Assembly (NCBI GenBank): GCA_030834185.1
Contig: JAURFT010000001.1
Location: 14,552 to 78,551, forward strand
DNA length: 64,000 nucleotides
Direction of reading: 5' to 3'
Source of the DNA: Candidatus Nanopelagicales bacterium
Lineage (GTDB): Bacteria > Actinomycetota > Actinomycetes > S36-B12 > UBA5976
Numbering within the stretch: the first letter of the stretch is position 1; each line of letters starts with the position of its first letter. The notes below the pieces were generated by a model that did not search any database, was not told the DNA's origin, and saw only the letters and a list, made by a program, of their open reading frames with translations. The translations under genes and the position numbers were made by a program. Of this stretch, positions 29,358-39,855 are shown one piece after another.

Positions 29358-30694
29358 TAGCGATCAACTCCACCCATAACTGGATCAATGCTGGCAATTG
29401 CTGCAACTAGATCTGCAATTTGTCCGCCCTCACAGATGGCAGGAATTGATTGCAAGTTTGTAAATGATGGATCGCGGAAATGGACTCGATAAGGACGAGT
29501 GCCACCATCGGAAACCATATGCACTCCTAGTTCGCCTCGTGGCGACTCAACTGCCTGATAAACCTGACCAACTGGAACTTCAAAACCTTCGGTTACTAAT
29601 TTAAAGTGATGGATTAACGACTCCATCGATGTTCCCATGATTTGCTTGATGTGCTCAAGTGAGTTACCCATGCCATCGCCACCAATTGCAAGCTGCGCTG
29701 GCCATGCAATTTTTTTATCAGCAATCATCACTGGTCCTGGCTCAAGTCGATCCAAGCACTGCTCAACTATTCGCAGTGACTGCTCCATTTCAGCAAGTCT
29801 GATTAGGAACCTGCCATATGCATCTGCGCTTTCAACCGTTGGAATTTCAAAATCATAAGTTTCATAACCACAGTAAGGATTTGTTTTTCGTAAATCCCAA
29901 GCAAAACCTGTTGATCGAAGAGTTGGCCCAGTTACGCCAAGCGCTAAGCAAGCATCAAGGTCAAGTACGCCAACATCTTTAGTTCGGGCCATCCAGATGC
30001 TGTTGCCAACTAGTAAATTCTCAGTATCTTTAAATCCGTTACGAATTCGTGGAATTGCTTCGCGAATTTTTGCAATTGCATCGTGTGGTAAATCTTGTCC
30101 TAATCCACCTGGCCGAATATAAGCATGGTTCATTCTTAAACCAGTAACTAATTCATAAAGATCCAAAATAATTTCACGCTCACGAAATGCCAGGAACATT
30201 GCAGTTAATGCGCCAAGCTCAAGTCCACCAGTACCAAGCGCTACTAGATGAGATGAGATTCGGTTTAGTTCCATCAACATAACGCGAATTACAGTTGCGC
30301 GCTCTGGAATATCATTTGTGATGCCAAGTAATTTTTCAACTGCAAGGCAATATGCAGTTTCATTATAAAAACTTGATAGATAATCCATGCGCGTAACAAA
30401 AGTCACACCCTGTGTCCAGGTACGAAACTCTAAATTCTTTTCAATTCCAGTGTGTAGATAACCAATTGCTGGACGCACTTCAGTAACTGTTTCACCTTCG
30501 AGTTCAACAATTAATCGCAGCACTCCATGTGTTGATGGATGCTGTGGGCCCATATTTACAACAACTCGCTCGGATTCACCCTCAGGTGCTGCTTTTACTT
30601 GATCCCAGTCGCCACCAGAAAGCGTGTACACCCGACCTTGCGAAGTTTCTTGACCTTCGCTTAGATTCTCAAAAAGTAAATTCTCTGATGTCAT
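29357..30694 (-). CDS. nuoD: NADH-quinone oxidoreductase subunit D
   Basis: 445 aa with 49-kDa subunit blocks ([15 protein letters not shown]-terminal DPVMGGVDR). Confidence 0.95.
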   Translation of the reverse strand: MTSENLLFENLSEGQETSQGRVYTLSGGDWDQVKAAPEGESERVVVNMGPQHPSTHGVLRLIVELEGETVTEVRPAIGYLHTGIEKNLEFRTWTQGVTFVTRMDYLSSFYNETAYCLAVEKLLGITNDIPERATVIRVMLMELNRISSHLVALGTGGLELGALTAMFLAFREREIILDLYELVTGLRMNHAYIRPGGLGQDLPHDAIAKIREAIPRIRNGFKDTENLLVGNSIWMARTKDVGVLDLDACLALGVTGPTLRSTGFAWDLRKTNPYCGYETYDFEIPTVESADAYGRFLIRLAEMEQSLRIVEQCLDRLEPGPVMIADKKIAWPAQLAIGGDGMGNSLEHIKQIMGTSMESLIHHFKLVTEGFEVPVGQVYQAVESPRGELGVHMVSDGGTRPYRVHFRDPSFTNLQSIPAICEGGQIADLVAAIASIDPVMGGVDR

Positions 30695-31398
30695 TTTGAG
30701 TACATCCGTCGCTCATCTGGTGCGGGAATTGTGGCTCCCTTATATTCAACTGGAACTCCACCAAGTGGATAATCTTTCCGCTGCGGATGACCAACCCAAT
30801 CGTCAGGCATCTCAATTCGGGTTAGTGCGGGATGACCATCAAAAATAATTCCAAAAAAGTCATAAGTTTCGCGTTCGTGCCAATTGTTTGTTGGATAAAT
30901 AACAACAGTTGATGGAATATGCGGATCAACATCTGGCGCAGTTGTCTCAACTCTGATCTGACGATTATGCGTCATTGATCGAAGGTGATAAACCGCATGC
31001 AGCTCTGCATCTGTTTGGTGTGGGTAATGCACACCATTCACTCCAGTGCTCATTTCAAATCTCAATCGTGGCTCATCGCGCAATAGCTGCATTGAAATTA
31101 GTAAATGATTTCGGTTGATGTTAATAGTTAGCTCGTTGCGATCAACAATCACTCGCTCAATTACATCTGTTGGTTTTAAATCTTTCGCTGCAAGTGCTTG
31201 TTCTAGTGATGCAACTACATCTTCAAACCAACCTGGTAGTGGTCGAGTGGCTGCTGGTGGTAAATAAATTCGTCGAATTAAGCCACCAAATCCCGATGTA
31301 TCACCAGCGCCACGAACACCAAAGGAGCCTTCGCGCACATCAACTAAGGGCAGCTCAGTTGAGTTTTGCGGTACAAGCGGATTGTTGGTTTCACTCAT
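30691..31398 (-). CDS. nuoC: NADH-quinone oxidoreductase subunit C
   Basis: 235 aa 30-kDa subunit (block [16 protein letters not shown]). 4-nt overlaps on both sides. Confidence 0.9.
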   Translation of the reverse strand: MSETNNPLVPQNSTELPLVDVREGSFGVRGAGDTSGFGGLIRRIYLPPAATRPLPGWFEDVVASLEQALAAKDLKPTDVIERVIVDRNELTININRNHLLISMQLLRDEPRLRFEMSTGVNGVHYPHQTDAELHAVYHLRSMTHNRQIRVETTAPDVDPHIPSTVVIYPTNNWHERETYDFFGIIFDGHPALTRIEMPDDWVGHPQRKDYPLGGVPVEYKGATIPAPDERRMYSK

Positions 31399-31949
31399 GC
31401 CAACAATCCTTTCATCTCAGTGAGTGACTGGGCTCGAAGTGCAATTCGCTCTTGTTCAACAATTTCATTAACCCGGTTAACACCCAGCTTGGTGTTTTGA
31501 ATTTGATCATGCAATTTCAAAATTGCATCTATTAACATTTCTGGTCGAGGCGGACAGCCAGGCAGATAAATATCTACTGGCACCACATGATCAACGCCTT
31601 GCAAAATTGCATAGTTATTAAACATGCCGCCGCTGGATGCGCAAACACCCATCGAGATTACCCATTTTGGATTTGGCATCTGATCATAAATTTGTCGCAG
31701 TACTGGAGCCATTTTCTGGCTAACGCGACCAGCAACAATCATTAGATCTGCTTGCCGCGGGGAAGCGCGAAAAGTTTCCATACCAAATCGAGCAATGTCA
31801 TATCGACCCGCACCAATGGCCATCATCTCAATTGCACAACAAGCTAATCCAAAAGTTGCAGGCCAAAGTGAATTTCGTCGGACATACCCAACTAACTGCT
31901 CCACGCTAGATAGCAGCACGCCTGAAGGTAATTTTTCCTCGGCACCCAT
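31395..31949 (-). CDS. nuoB: NADH-quinone oxidoreductase subunit B
   Basis: 184 aa PSST-like subunit. N2 cluster cysteines are in [10 protein letters not shown] and GCPPRPE. Confidence 0.95.
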   Translation of the reverse strand: MGAEEKLPSGVLLSSVEQLVGYVRRNSLWPATFGLACCAIEMMAIGAGRYDIARFGMETFRASPRQADLMIVAGRVSQKMAPVLRQIYDQMPNPKWVISMGVCASSGGMFNNYAILQGVDHVVPVDIYLPGCPPRPEMLIDAILKLHDQIQNTKLGVNRVNEIVEQERIALRAQSLTEMKGLLA

Positions 31950-32309
31950 TTAGTCCCATTCCAATCCGCCACGTCGCCAGTCATAGAAAAATGCCAGCGT
32001 CACGATCAACAAAAATAATCCGATCGCGCCAAGTCCAAAAACTCCTAGCGGTCCATAATTCACAGCCCACGGATACAAGAACATAATTTCAATATCAAAA
32101 ATAATAAACATCATCGCTGTTAGGTAATACCTAATTGGATACTTGCCGCCACCCATAGGTTGTGGCGTTGCTTCAATGCCACATTCATAGGCATCTAATT
32201 TGGCTTTGTTGTATTTCTTTGGGCCAATTAGCGCTGAAGCGATAACTGAGAATGCGCCAAAGCCAAAGGCCAAAAGCCCCAGACCGACCACCGGCCAGGC
32301 TAATTCCAC
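31950..32309 (-). CDS. nuoA: NADH-quinone oxidoreductase subunit A
   Basis: 119 aa, 3 TM, with block YECG and FIIFDIEIMFLYPWA. It is the first gene of the operon. Confidence 0.9.
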   Translation of the reverse strand: MELAWPVVGLGLLAFGFGAFSVIASALIGPKKYNKAKLDAYECGIEATPQPMGGGKYPIRYYLTAMMFIIFDIEIMFLYPWAVNYGPLGVFGLGAIGLFLLIVTLAFFYDWRRGGLEWD

Positions 32310-32388
32310 AGCAATCCCCTTCTAGGCATACATCAGTTAATTAGTGCTAATCCTAGGGGGCAAACTATTACCTTCGCCCACCCATAGA

Positions 32389-32404
32389 TGTGGTTGTTGC
32401 CACA
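32389..32404. promoter_or_regulatory. Rex-operator-like palindrome TGTGG-TTGTTG-CCACA upstream of nuoA
   Basis: It has the TGTG-N8-CACA geometry of actinobacterial Rex operators (consensus TGTGAA-N4-TTCACA). It sits in the 99-bp menG-nuoA spacer, ~80 bp upstream of the nuoA start. A rex gene is in the window. Confidence 0.35.
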
Positions 32405-32408
32405 GAAA

Positions 32409-33113
32409 TTAAGCAGCCGGCTTGCTCCCCCGGTGCAGCGCAACAATTCCTCCAGTTAGCGAGCGCCAGGCCACCTGCTCCCAGCCAATTTGCTGGATTT
32501 GGGCTGCAAATTTAGCTTGATCTGGCCATGCCAGGATTGATTCAGCCAAATATTGATAGGCCACCGGATTGCTCGATAGTCGATTAGCAACCTTGGGCAG
32601 CGCGCTAATCAAATAGTTCTGATAGATCTTGCGAAACCAGCCAATTTCAGGGGTAGAAAACTCACATATGACCAATCTGCCCCCTGGCTTAGTCACTCGA
32701 TACAGCTCGGTGAGCGCTAACTGCACATTCTGCACATTTCTGATACCAAACGAAATCGTTACGGCATCAAAACTGTTATCAGCAAAAGGGAGCTGCAGCG
32801 CATCTCCAGCTACAAAGGTGAGCTGTGGATGGCGCTTTTTTCCCACTTCAAGCATTCCAAGTGACAGGTCGCAGGCAATCGCCTGCGCTCCTGTTGCAGC
32901 AATTGCTGCAGTAGAAGTTCCAGTGCCAGCTGCAAGATCAAGCACGATCTCGCCTGGGACAGGTTTGATCGCAGCTACTGTCGCTTTACGCCAAGATTTA
33001 GTTTGGCCAACAGATAACAAATCGTTCATTAGGTCATACCGATTAGCCACGCGATCAAACATCGCTTGCACCTCTGCTGGCTGCTTAGTTAGATCGGCAC
33101 GAAAATTCTCCAC
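32409..33113 (-). CDS. menG: Demethylmenaquinone methyltransferase (UbiE/MenG family)
   Basis: 234 aa, GTG start. SAM motif [12 protein letters not shown] and family blocks [21 protein letters not shown]. Confidence 0.9.
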   Translation of the reverse strand: MENFRADLTKQPAEVQAMFDRVANRYDLMNDLLSVGQTKSWRKATVAAIKPVPGEIVLDLAAGTGTSTAAIAATGAQAIACDLSLGMLEVGKKRHPQLTFVAGDALQLPFADNSFDAVTISFGIRNVQNVQLALTELYRVTKPGGRLVICEFSTPEIGWFRKIYQNYLISALPKVANRLSSNPVAYQYLAESILAWPDQAKFAAQIQQIGWEQVAWRSLTGGIVALHRGSKPAA

Positions 33114-33176
33114 AGCCCAATTCTGCCGTATCCAGGTGATATCGCACTGGGCACGTATTACCTCTAGGCTAATTTA

Positions 33177-34445
33177 GTGAGCAGACCCGCGATTGTTGAG
33201 CAGCTAGCTCCAGGTCTGAATTTCCAAACAAGAGAAATTGCAGATCCTGGTGACCTGCTGAGCTTGCTGCCTAAGCCAAGCGCTGATCAAAAAATTGCAG
33301 TTTGGATCCGGGAGCGCACTGGCATGATTGCACTTGGCGAAAGTATTCGTTTTGAAATTTTAGGTCAAGAACGATTTTCGCGGGCACATCGATGGTGGCG
33401 CGATTTAGTTTCCAACTCGACAATTGATGATGCTGTAAACGTAACGGGCACTGGCGCTTTTGCCTTTGCTTCGTTTGGCTTTCGTGCTCAACCAACTCCC
33501 AGCATTTTAATTGTGCCAAAGGTAGTTATCGGTAAAACTGATGGCAGATGCTGGATTACAACAAGTGATGGCACTGACCCAAATCAGGTTTTAGCTGAAA
33601 TCAAAAAACCACATATTGCACCAACAGCCCCTGGTAATATTAATATTACTGGCGGCACAGTTGCTGAATTAACTTGGTCACAAACTGTTGATGAGCTTGT
33701 CTCAAAGATTAATCATGGCGATATAGATAAAGTAGTTTTGGCTCGTGATTTAAATGTTGAAACTGAAAATCCAATTGATGTTAGATATATTTTAGAAAAT
33801 CTCGCAACTACTTTTTCTGATTGCTGGACTTATTACATTGATGGATTAATTGGAGCAACACCTGAAATGTTGCTTCGCAAGCGTGGTAACGAAATAATTT
33901 CTCGAGTGCTTGCAGGAACTATTACCCAAAACAAAGATAAAGATAACAACAAATTACTGCAAGCGAGATTGTTAGCTAGTGATAAAGACCAGCAAGAACA
34001 CGATTATGCGGTGCAATCAGTCGCGGCAGCTTTAGCTATTCATTGCACAGATCTAGCTGTTCCTGAATCACCAACAATTTTGCGATTGGCCAATGTTGCA
34101 CACCTTTCAACTGAGGTAACGGCAGTTGTGGTTGATGATGCACCCGCGCTTGTTCTTGCTGGAGCGCTTCATCCAACTGCTGCAGTTTGTGGCACTCCAA
34201 CTGAACGAGCTCGAGATCTGATTGCAGAGATTGAGGGAATGGATCGAGGGCGCTATGCCGGGCCGGTTGGTTGGATTGATGGTGCAGGGGATGGCGATTT
34301 AGGTCTAGCGATTAGGTGCGCGCAGGTTAAAGAAAATTCACTTCGCCTTTTTGCTGGCTGCGGCGTTGTTGCAGGCTCTACAGCTGAGGCGGAATTAGCT
34401 GAATCTGATGCAAAGTTTAAAGCAATTCTTAACGCGTTGAATTAA
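33177..34445 (+). CDS. menF: Isochorismate synthase
   Basis: 422 aa, GTG start. Chorismate-binding family blocks (LHPTAAVCGTPTERA, RGRYAGPVGW). Context is the men cluster. Confidence 0.85.
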   Translation: MSRPAIVEQLAPGLNFQTREIADPGDLLSLLPKPSADQKIAVWIRERTGMIALGESIRFEILGQERFSRAHRWWRDLVSNSTIDDAVNVTGTGAFAFASFGFRAQPTPSILIVPKVVIGKTDGRCWITTSDGTDPNQVLAEIKKPHIAPTAPGNINITGGTVAELTWSQTVDELVSKINHGDIDKVVLARDLNVETENPIDVRYILENLATTFSDCWTYYIDGLIGATPEMLLRKRGNEIISRVLAGTITQNKDKDNNKLLQARLLASDKDQQEHDYAVQSVAAALAIHCTDLAVPESPTILRLANVAHLSTEVTAVVVDDAPALVLAGALHPTAAVCGTPTERARDLIAEIEGMDRGRYAGPVGWIDGAGDGDLGLAIRCAQVKENSLRLFAGCGVVAGSTAEAELAESDAKFKAILNALN

Positions 34446-36006
34446 CAAGAAGCTTTCGAATATCAGCTTCAGCATTGCGATCAATACCCGAGATAACTAC
34501 TGCAGATATCCCTGGCATTTCAATAAAGATTTTATCTAGCTCAGCTACTGAAGTTATCTCAATGACATTTATTGCAAAGCCACTAAGCAGTTGAGCAAGA
34601 TTTATCTGATGTGGCGTCCCAAATACCCGCTCAAAACCAGCAACACCTTGTTGTTCAATGGTATTAAAAATTCCACCACCATTGTTATCTACAATTACTA
34701 ATCGTAGATTAGGTAATTTTTCAGTTTTTGGAATAGTTAAACTAGCTAAATCATGCAGCAACGCCACATCACCAAGTAAACAATAACTTTGACCATTGCC
34801 TTCACGTTGCCAAGCAATTGCAGCACCAGTGGCGGTTGCAATAATTCCATCAATCCCATTTACACCGCGATTGGCAGTAACTAATCCAATTTTATTTGGC
34901 TGCATCATGAAATCTAGATCACGCAAACTCAAACTAGCTGCAACGTGCAGTAAATTTCTTGAAGTTAGATTCTTTAATAAAATTTCGGCAACACCTAAAC
35001 CGCTCAAATTTGATTGCTTTAAAGTTGAATCAATTACTTTACTTACTTCTTGTGCCTGGTGCTGCCAAAGCTGAATCCACTTGTGATCTAATTTAACCAA
35101 ATCTTTTAAATCAAGCTCCCCTGGTGATTGCGAAATCGTTTTTGCTTGGGTGATTAAAGTTGGAACTTTCACTGCAACTCTAGGCTTGCTATTTAAAATT
35201 GCAGTGATCGATCTAGCTAAACCAACTCGACCAACACTAACCACAACCTCAATCTGGTCGGCTAATTTTGCTGCCGTAAGCGGGCTGTGGCTGATTAGAT
35301 TTGGATGATTTGACGAAGTTGGTTCTGCCAGCAGCGGCCAATTCAGCGCAGTTGCAATTTGCTCAGCATGTGCAATTTGATCTCCAGCTGCAATAACAAC
35401 ACCTTGTTTAAAGTTGAGTAAATCTGCAGCTGCTAATTGTGGTAGCTCAGATTTAGCAGATTGAAGATCAAATTCAGGTAACTGCCAATCATCTTGGGGC
35501 ACTAAAGGTTCAACAAATCTTGGGTTTAGGTGCACAATTCCAGGCTTTGCCAACGCAGCTTGCAATTTAGTTTCCCATAACTGCGCGGACCAATCACTAG
35601 CTAAGTCCAGAACGTTTTGAGTTACAGCTTTGAAAAGTTCTAGTTGTTCAATGGTTTGATTCGCACCGGTATTTATTAATTCAGTAGGGCGATCTGCGGT
35701 GATTGCAATTAATGGCAGATCTGACTGGGCAGCTTCAATTAGCGCAGGTAGTAAATGCGCTCCAGCTGTTCCGCTTGTAACAACTACTGCTGCTTTGCGG
35801 TTTGTTGCTTTTGCAAGACCTAGCGCAGTAAAAGCAGCTGAGCGTTCATCAATTCGAACGGTAACATTTAATTTTTGCTCATTGCCTGCTGCAAGAGCAG
35901 CAAGTGAGATCGGACCATTTCTAGATCCAGGAGAAATTACCAAATCGGTAACGCCAGCTTTAATTAATTCAATAACTAAGGTGCGGGCTTGTTGGGTAGC
36001 ACTCAA
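34429..36006 (-). CDS. menD: SEPHCHC synthase (2-succinyl-5-enolpyruvyl-6-hydroxy-3-cyclohexene-1-carboxylate synthase)
   Basis: 525 aa ThDP enzyme (GSRNGP, NRGVNGIDG, VIVDNNGGGIF). It overlaps menF convergently by 17 nt and menC by 4 nt. Confidence 0.9.
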   Translation of the reverse strand: MSATQQARTLVIELIKAGVTDLVISPGSRNGPISLAALAAGNEQKLNVTVRIDERSAAFTALGLAKATNRKAAVVVTSGTAGAHLLPALIEAAQSDLPLIAITADRPTELINTGANQTIEQLELFKAVTQNVLDLASDWSAQLWETKLQAALAKPGIVHLNPRFVEPLVPQDDWQLPEFDLQSAKSELPQLAAADLLNFKQGVVIAAGDQIAHAEQIATALNWPLLAEPTSSNHPNLISHSPLTAAKLADQIEVVVSVGRVGLARSITAILNSKPRVAVKVPTLITQAKTISQSPGELDLKDLVKLDHKWIQLWQHQAQEVSKVIDSTLKQSNLSGLGVAEILLKNLTSRNLLHVAASLSLRDLDFMMQPNKIGLVTANRGVNGIDGIIATATGAAIAWQREGNGQSYCLLGDVALLHDLASLTIPKTEKLPNLRLVIVDNNGGGIFNTIEQQGVAGFERVFGTPHQINLAQLLSGFAINVIEITSVAELDKIFIEMPGISAVVISGIDRNAEADIRKLLVNSTR

Positions 36007-36977
36007 TTGCCCACCTCGTCCAAAAATGTCGCTGCTGCTTGCAAGCGCTGCGTTAGGGTGGCTAATTCTACTGAGCTAACTCGAGCTGCAGCCTGCTGCA
36101 TTAATTGCATATCTAAAGTTGGCGCAAAAACCTCCAGCATCCCGTGAGTTGGCAATAGCCTCTCGGTAGCTAGGTCATCTTCAAGTAATACTGAAGTTCC
36201 CAGTCCGCTTGGTAGCGGATTTTGCTTTAGTTGCGCTGCCACATAAGCTACAAAACTCAAACCGATGCTGGTATCAAGTGATCCCGAAACAATAATGGGC
36301 AGCTCAAGTTTTTCTGCCAATGCAATTGTTGGCTTAGAACCGCCAAGCGGTATTGGTTTAAGGACGGCAATATCAGCTGCTGCTTTAATTTCTGAAATTA
36401 GCTGATCATTAATTGAATCAGCCAACCGGATTGACTCATCTATTGCAATTAAAACTCCGCGTCCCTTCAGCGATTTACACTCATTCAAAGTCGCGCATGG
36501 TTGCTCAATAACTGCAACACCAAGTTTTTCAAATTCAGCAATTAAATTCATTGCCTCTGATTGACTGAAGCTGCCATTAGCATCAACTCGTAATGTTATG
36601 TTCGGTAGTGCTGAAGAAATAGCGCGAACTCGATCAAGTTGCAGCGCATCGCCAACTTTTATTTTTAGGGTTTTAACTTCATATTTTTCAACTAATTGCT
36701 CTGCCCATAATGTTGCAGCTACTGGTTCTAAAGCTGGCACAATGCCATTAACTTCAATTTGATGTCGATTCAGATCCACTCGAGGCGTATCGGCAGCTTC
36801 CAGCGCTGCGGCTAACCATTTGGCTGCAGCTCTTGGTTCATAATCATCAAAAGGTGCCCACTCGCCAATGCCGTGTTCACCAACAAAAATAAAACCTGTT
36901 CGTTTTTTTACAGATCTAAATTGCGCTGTTAATCCAACACTAAATGGTTTCGCTCGCGCAATTAGATCTGTGATCAC
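36003..36977 (-). CDS. menC: o-Succinylbenzoate synthase
   Basis: 324 aa enolase-superfamily barrel (KIKVG, RVDANGS, IEQP, IDES), located between menB and menD. Confidence 0.85.
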   Translation of the reverse strand: MITDLIARAKPFSVGLTAQFRSVKKRTGFIFVGEHGIGEWAPFDDYEPRAAAKWLAAALEAADTPRVDLNRHQIEVNGIVPALEPVAATLWAEQLVEKYEVKTLKIKVGDALQLDRVRAISSALPNITLRVDANGSFSQSEAMNLIAEFEKLGVAVIEQPCATLNECKSLKGRGVLIAIDESIRLADSINDQLISEIKAAADIAVLKPIPLGGSKPTIALAEKLELPIIVSGSLDTSIGLSFVAYVAAQLKQNPLPSGLGTSVLLEDDLATERLLPTHGMLEVFAPTLDMQLMQQAAARVSSVELATLTQRLQAAATFLDEVGN

Positions 36978-37840
36978 GGCCGCTTTGGAAATTTGCTGAA
37001 ATCTGGTTTACGTTTTTGCTGATAGGCATTTCGGCCTTCTTGGGCTTCTTCTGACATGTAATACAGCAGTGTTGCATCCCCAGCTAATTGTTGAATACCA
37101 GCTAGGCCATCATCTGCAGCATTCATGCTGGCTTTAAGCATGCGAAGCGAAAGTGGAGAATGTTGCAGCATCTCTTTTGCCCATTTAACAGTTTCAATTT
37201 CCAACTCTTCAATTGGAACAACTGCGTTAACAAGTCCCCAATCCAATGCAGTTTTTGCATCGTATTGTCGACACAAATACCAAACTTCGCGAGCACGTTT
37301 TTGGCCGATGTGTTGGGCGAGTAAACCTGAGCCATAGCCACCATCAAATGAGCCAACCTTTGGACCGGTTTGACCAAATTTTGCATTTTCAGCAGCAATG
37401 CTTAGATCACAAACAACATGCAACACATGCCCACCACCAATTGCATAACCTGCAACCATCGCGATTACTGGTTTTGGCAATCTTCTAATTTGAATCTGTA
37501 GATCTAAAACGTTAAGTCGACCAATTCCTTTTTCAGCAAGTTGATCGCCACCAATGTAGCCATCATCGCCACGAATCATCTGATCGCCACCAGAACAAAA
37601 AGCCATGTCACCTTTGCCGGTGAGAATTACTACTCCAACAGATTCATCATCGCGAGCACGGTCAAAAGCTTGAATTAGCTCAACCACAGTTTGTGGTCTA
37701 AATGCATTTCGCTTAGCTGGACGATTAATTGTGATTTTGGCAATACCCTCAGCGCGGTGATATTCAATATCTTCCCAGTCACCTATGGCTTCCCAGTTGG
37801 CGCCAGGCTTAACTGAGCTATGCGCTGGATCAACAGTCAT
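36974..37840 (-). CDS. menB: 1,4-Dihydroxy-2-naphthoyl-CoA synthase
   Basis: I start it at ATG 37838-37840 (MTVDPAHS...) with AGGGGGAAG upstream. Crotonase blocks FCSGGDQ and [16 protein letters not shown]. The track TTG start at 37858 adds 6 codons. Confidence 0.9.
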   Translation of the reverse strand: MTVDPAHSSVKPGANWEAIGDWEDIEYHRAEGIAKITINRPAKRNAFRPQTVVELIQAFDRARDDESVGVVILTGKGDMAFCSGGDQMIRGDDGYIGGDQLAEKGIGRLNVLDLQIQIRRLPKPVIAMVAGYAIGGGHVLHVVCDLSIAAENAKFGQTGPKVGSFDGGYGSGLLAQHIGQKRAREVWYLCRQYDAKTALDWGLVNAVVPIEELEIETVKWAKEMLQHSPLSLRMLKASMNAADDGLAGIQQLAGDATLLYYMSEEAQEGRNAYQQKRKPDFSKFPKRP

Positions 37841-37886
37841 TTCGGCTTCCCCCTGCAATGGTTGTTATTGCCCTACCCTAAGACCG

Positions 37887-38990
37887 ATGTCGAACCGTGG
37901 CTTGTTGACCGTTACCGCAACTGATGGGTCAGTTGCAATTACTGCGCTGCGCTCAGCCCTGGCTGGGGAGGCCAGTGTTGCAGTGCTGCCCAGCTCAAAC
38001 ACTCCCCGAACTCAAGCAGTCATTGCAGCCATCGCACCGCAGCTGCCAGTCTCTGATGAAATTGCGCTGATAGCAACAACATCGGGCTCAACTGGGAATC
38101 CAAAGGCGGTATTACTAAGTCATGCGGCTGTGATGGCTTCGATCTCAGCTGTTAATACTGAGCTTGGCTTTACTCCGCAATGGCATCTTGTGCTACCGCT
38201 GCAACATATTGCTGGAACCATGACGGCGCTGCGCGGCTTAGCTGCAGATTCCACTCTTCACCAACCAACAATTAATGCAGCTGATCCAATGCAATTAGCT
38301 GCATATAGTAAATCTGTTAAAGACCTCTCCGGGCTTCATGCCATTGCACTAGTTCCAGAGCATTTAAATCGGTTGGAAGTAATTGGGGAGCTGGGCGCGT
38401 TAAAACATTTTCATAAAGTTGTTGTAGGTGCAGGCGCGCTTGATCTAACTATGAAATCAAAACTGATGAATTATGGCATTTCAGTTGTAAGTTCATATGG
38501 ATTAACTGAAACTTGCGGCGGAATTGTTTGGGATGGTCTGCCATTGAATTCAGTTGCTGTTTCATTAAATCAGGCTAATGAAGTCCTAATTCAGTCAGAG
38601 ATGAATGCAACCAGTTATCGAGATGATTTAAATGCGCTAACGATTATTAACACGCACGATATTGGCGATTTAAGTACAGGAAAATTACAAATTAAAGGTC
38701 GCAGCGATAGCAAAGTCAAAGTTAAAGGACATTTTGTTGATTTAAATACGTTAACACAACTAACTACTGAACTAACTGGGCTAACAGCGGTTGCTTTTGT
38801 GGTAGCTGACCAGCTGCACCTAGTCATTGAGGGTAGTAAATTTGATCACTCAGGTCTAGCAAGCCAACTTAAAAATGAGCTTGGTAGCGCAGTTAAAGGA
38901 TGTAGGATTAGTTTTCGCGAAAAATTTCCTCGAACCGATCTAGGGAAAATTGATATGTTCGCAATGCGACTGGAGCTGATAAGTGGTTGA
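37887..38990 (+). CDS. menE: o-Succinylbenzoate-CoA ligase
   Basis: I start it at ATG 37887 (MSNRGLLTV...). AMP-binding motif TSGSTGNPKAV and YGLTET. The track start at 37785 would overlap menB in antisense. Confidence 0.8.
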   Translation: MSNRGLLTVTATDGSVAITALRSALAGEASVAVLPSSNTPRTQAVIAAIAPQLPVSDEIALIATTSGSTGNPKAVLLSHAAVMASISAVNTELGFTPQWHLVLPLQHIAGTMTALRGLAADSTLHQPTINAADPMQLAAYSKSVKDLSGLHAIALVPEHLNRLEVIGELGALKHFHKVVVGAGALDLTMKSKLMNYGISVVSSYGLTETCGGIVWDGLPLNSVAVSLNQANEVLIQSEMNATSYRDDLNALTIINTHDIGDLSTGKLQIKGRSDSKVKVKGHFVDLNTLTQLTTELTGLTAVAFVVADQLHLVIEGSKFDHSGLASQLKNELGSAVKGCRISFREKFPRTDLGKIDMFAMRLELISG

Positions 38991-39855
38991 AGTTAAGAAT
39001 GTTTGGTGGCTAGGAGCCAGACCAAAAACTCTAGGAGCAGCAATTGCGCCGGTCTCGGTAGGAACTGCGATTGCATTTCATAGCGAAAGTTTTAATTTAT
39101 TAAATGCAGCTCTTGCAGCTGTTGTAGGCCTGGCGATGCAAATTGCGGTGAACTACGCAAATGATTACAGCGACGGCATTAAAGGTAGCGACTCGGTTCG
39201 AGTTGGACCAGTGCGCATAGTTGCTACCGGACTTGCATCAGCTGCTGCTGTGAAGCGGGCGGCGATGATTAGTTTTGCTATTGCTGCAATCGCAGGTTTA
39301 ACTTTGGCGTATCGAGTTAATTGGTGGTTGATATTAATTGGTGCGATCGCAATTTTAGCGGCGTGGTTTTATACCGGAGGTAAATCTCCATATGGCTATC
39401 GAGGTTTTGGTGAGATCTCAGTATTTATATTTTTTGGATTAGTTGCAACTGTAGGAACTTATTACGTGCAAGCAGCTGCTATTTCGCTGACTTCAATTAT
39501 TGCTGGAAGCAGCATTGGCTTACTTTCAATGGCACTGTTAATTGTTAATAATCTGCGAGATCTACCAACCGATAAGGCTGCTGACAAAAACACTTTGGCA
39601 GTTAAATTAGGTGCTAGGAAAACGAGACTATTTTATTTAATTTCAGTTATCGGTTCGATTTCACTGAGCATGACTCTGGCATTTGCAGCACCATTAACTG
39701 CCATAGCGGGGTTGCTGATTTTAGTTGCAATGCAACCAATTAGAGATGTAGTTGCAGGAGCTGCTGGAAAAGATTTAATCCCAACACTTCAGCAAACAAA
39801 CAGGATACTGCTGCTACTTGGGTTGGTCCTCAGTATCGGATTCTTGTTTTCGTAA
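38983..39855 (+). CDS. menA: 1,4-Dihydroxy-2-naphthoate polyprenyltransferase
   Basis: 290 aa UbiA-family protein. Motif NYANDYSDGIKG and a second Asp-rich region NNLRDLPTDKAADKNT. 8-nt overlap with menE. Confidence 0.9.
   Translation: MVEVKNVWWLGARPKTLGAAIAPVSVGTAIAFHSESFNLLNAALAAVVGLAMQIAVNYANDYSDGIKGSDSVRVGPVRIVATGLASAAAVKRAAMISFAIAAIAGLTLAYRVNWWLILIGAIAILAAWFYTGGKSPYGYRGFGEISVFIFFGLVATVGTYYVQAAAISLTSIIAGSSIGLLSMALLIVNNLRDLPTDKAADKNTLAVKLGARKTRLFYLISVIGSISLSMTLAFAAPLTAIAGLLILVAMQPIRDVVAGAAGKDLIPTLQQTNRILLLLGLVLSIGFLFS

Noticed and set aside
33114-33176. Imperfect palindrome around GATATC (CCAGGTGATATCGCACTGG) in the menG/menF divergent spacer
   Set aside because: The arms do not pair beyond the 6-bp restriction-type core, so support for an operator is insufficient.
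32629-33177. Long antisense ORFs inside real genes (for example 32629-33177, 18395-18838, 11382-11828, 41151-41576, 51952-52392, 37125-37488)
   Set aside because: Each lies on the opposite strand of a confidently identified gene. Their products are low-complexity (Ser/Ala/Pro/Thr-rich) with no recognisable motifs. These are typical shadow ORFs.
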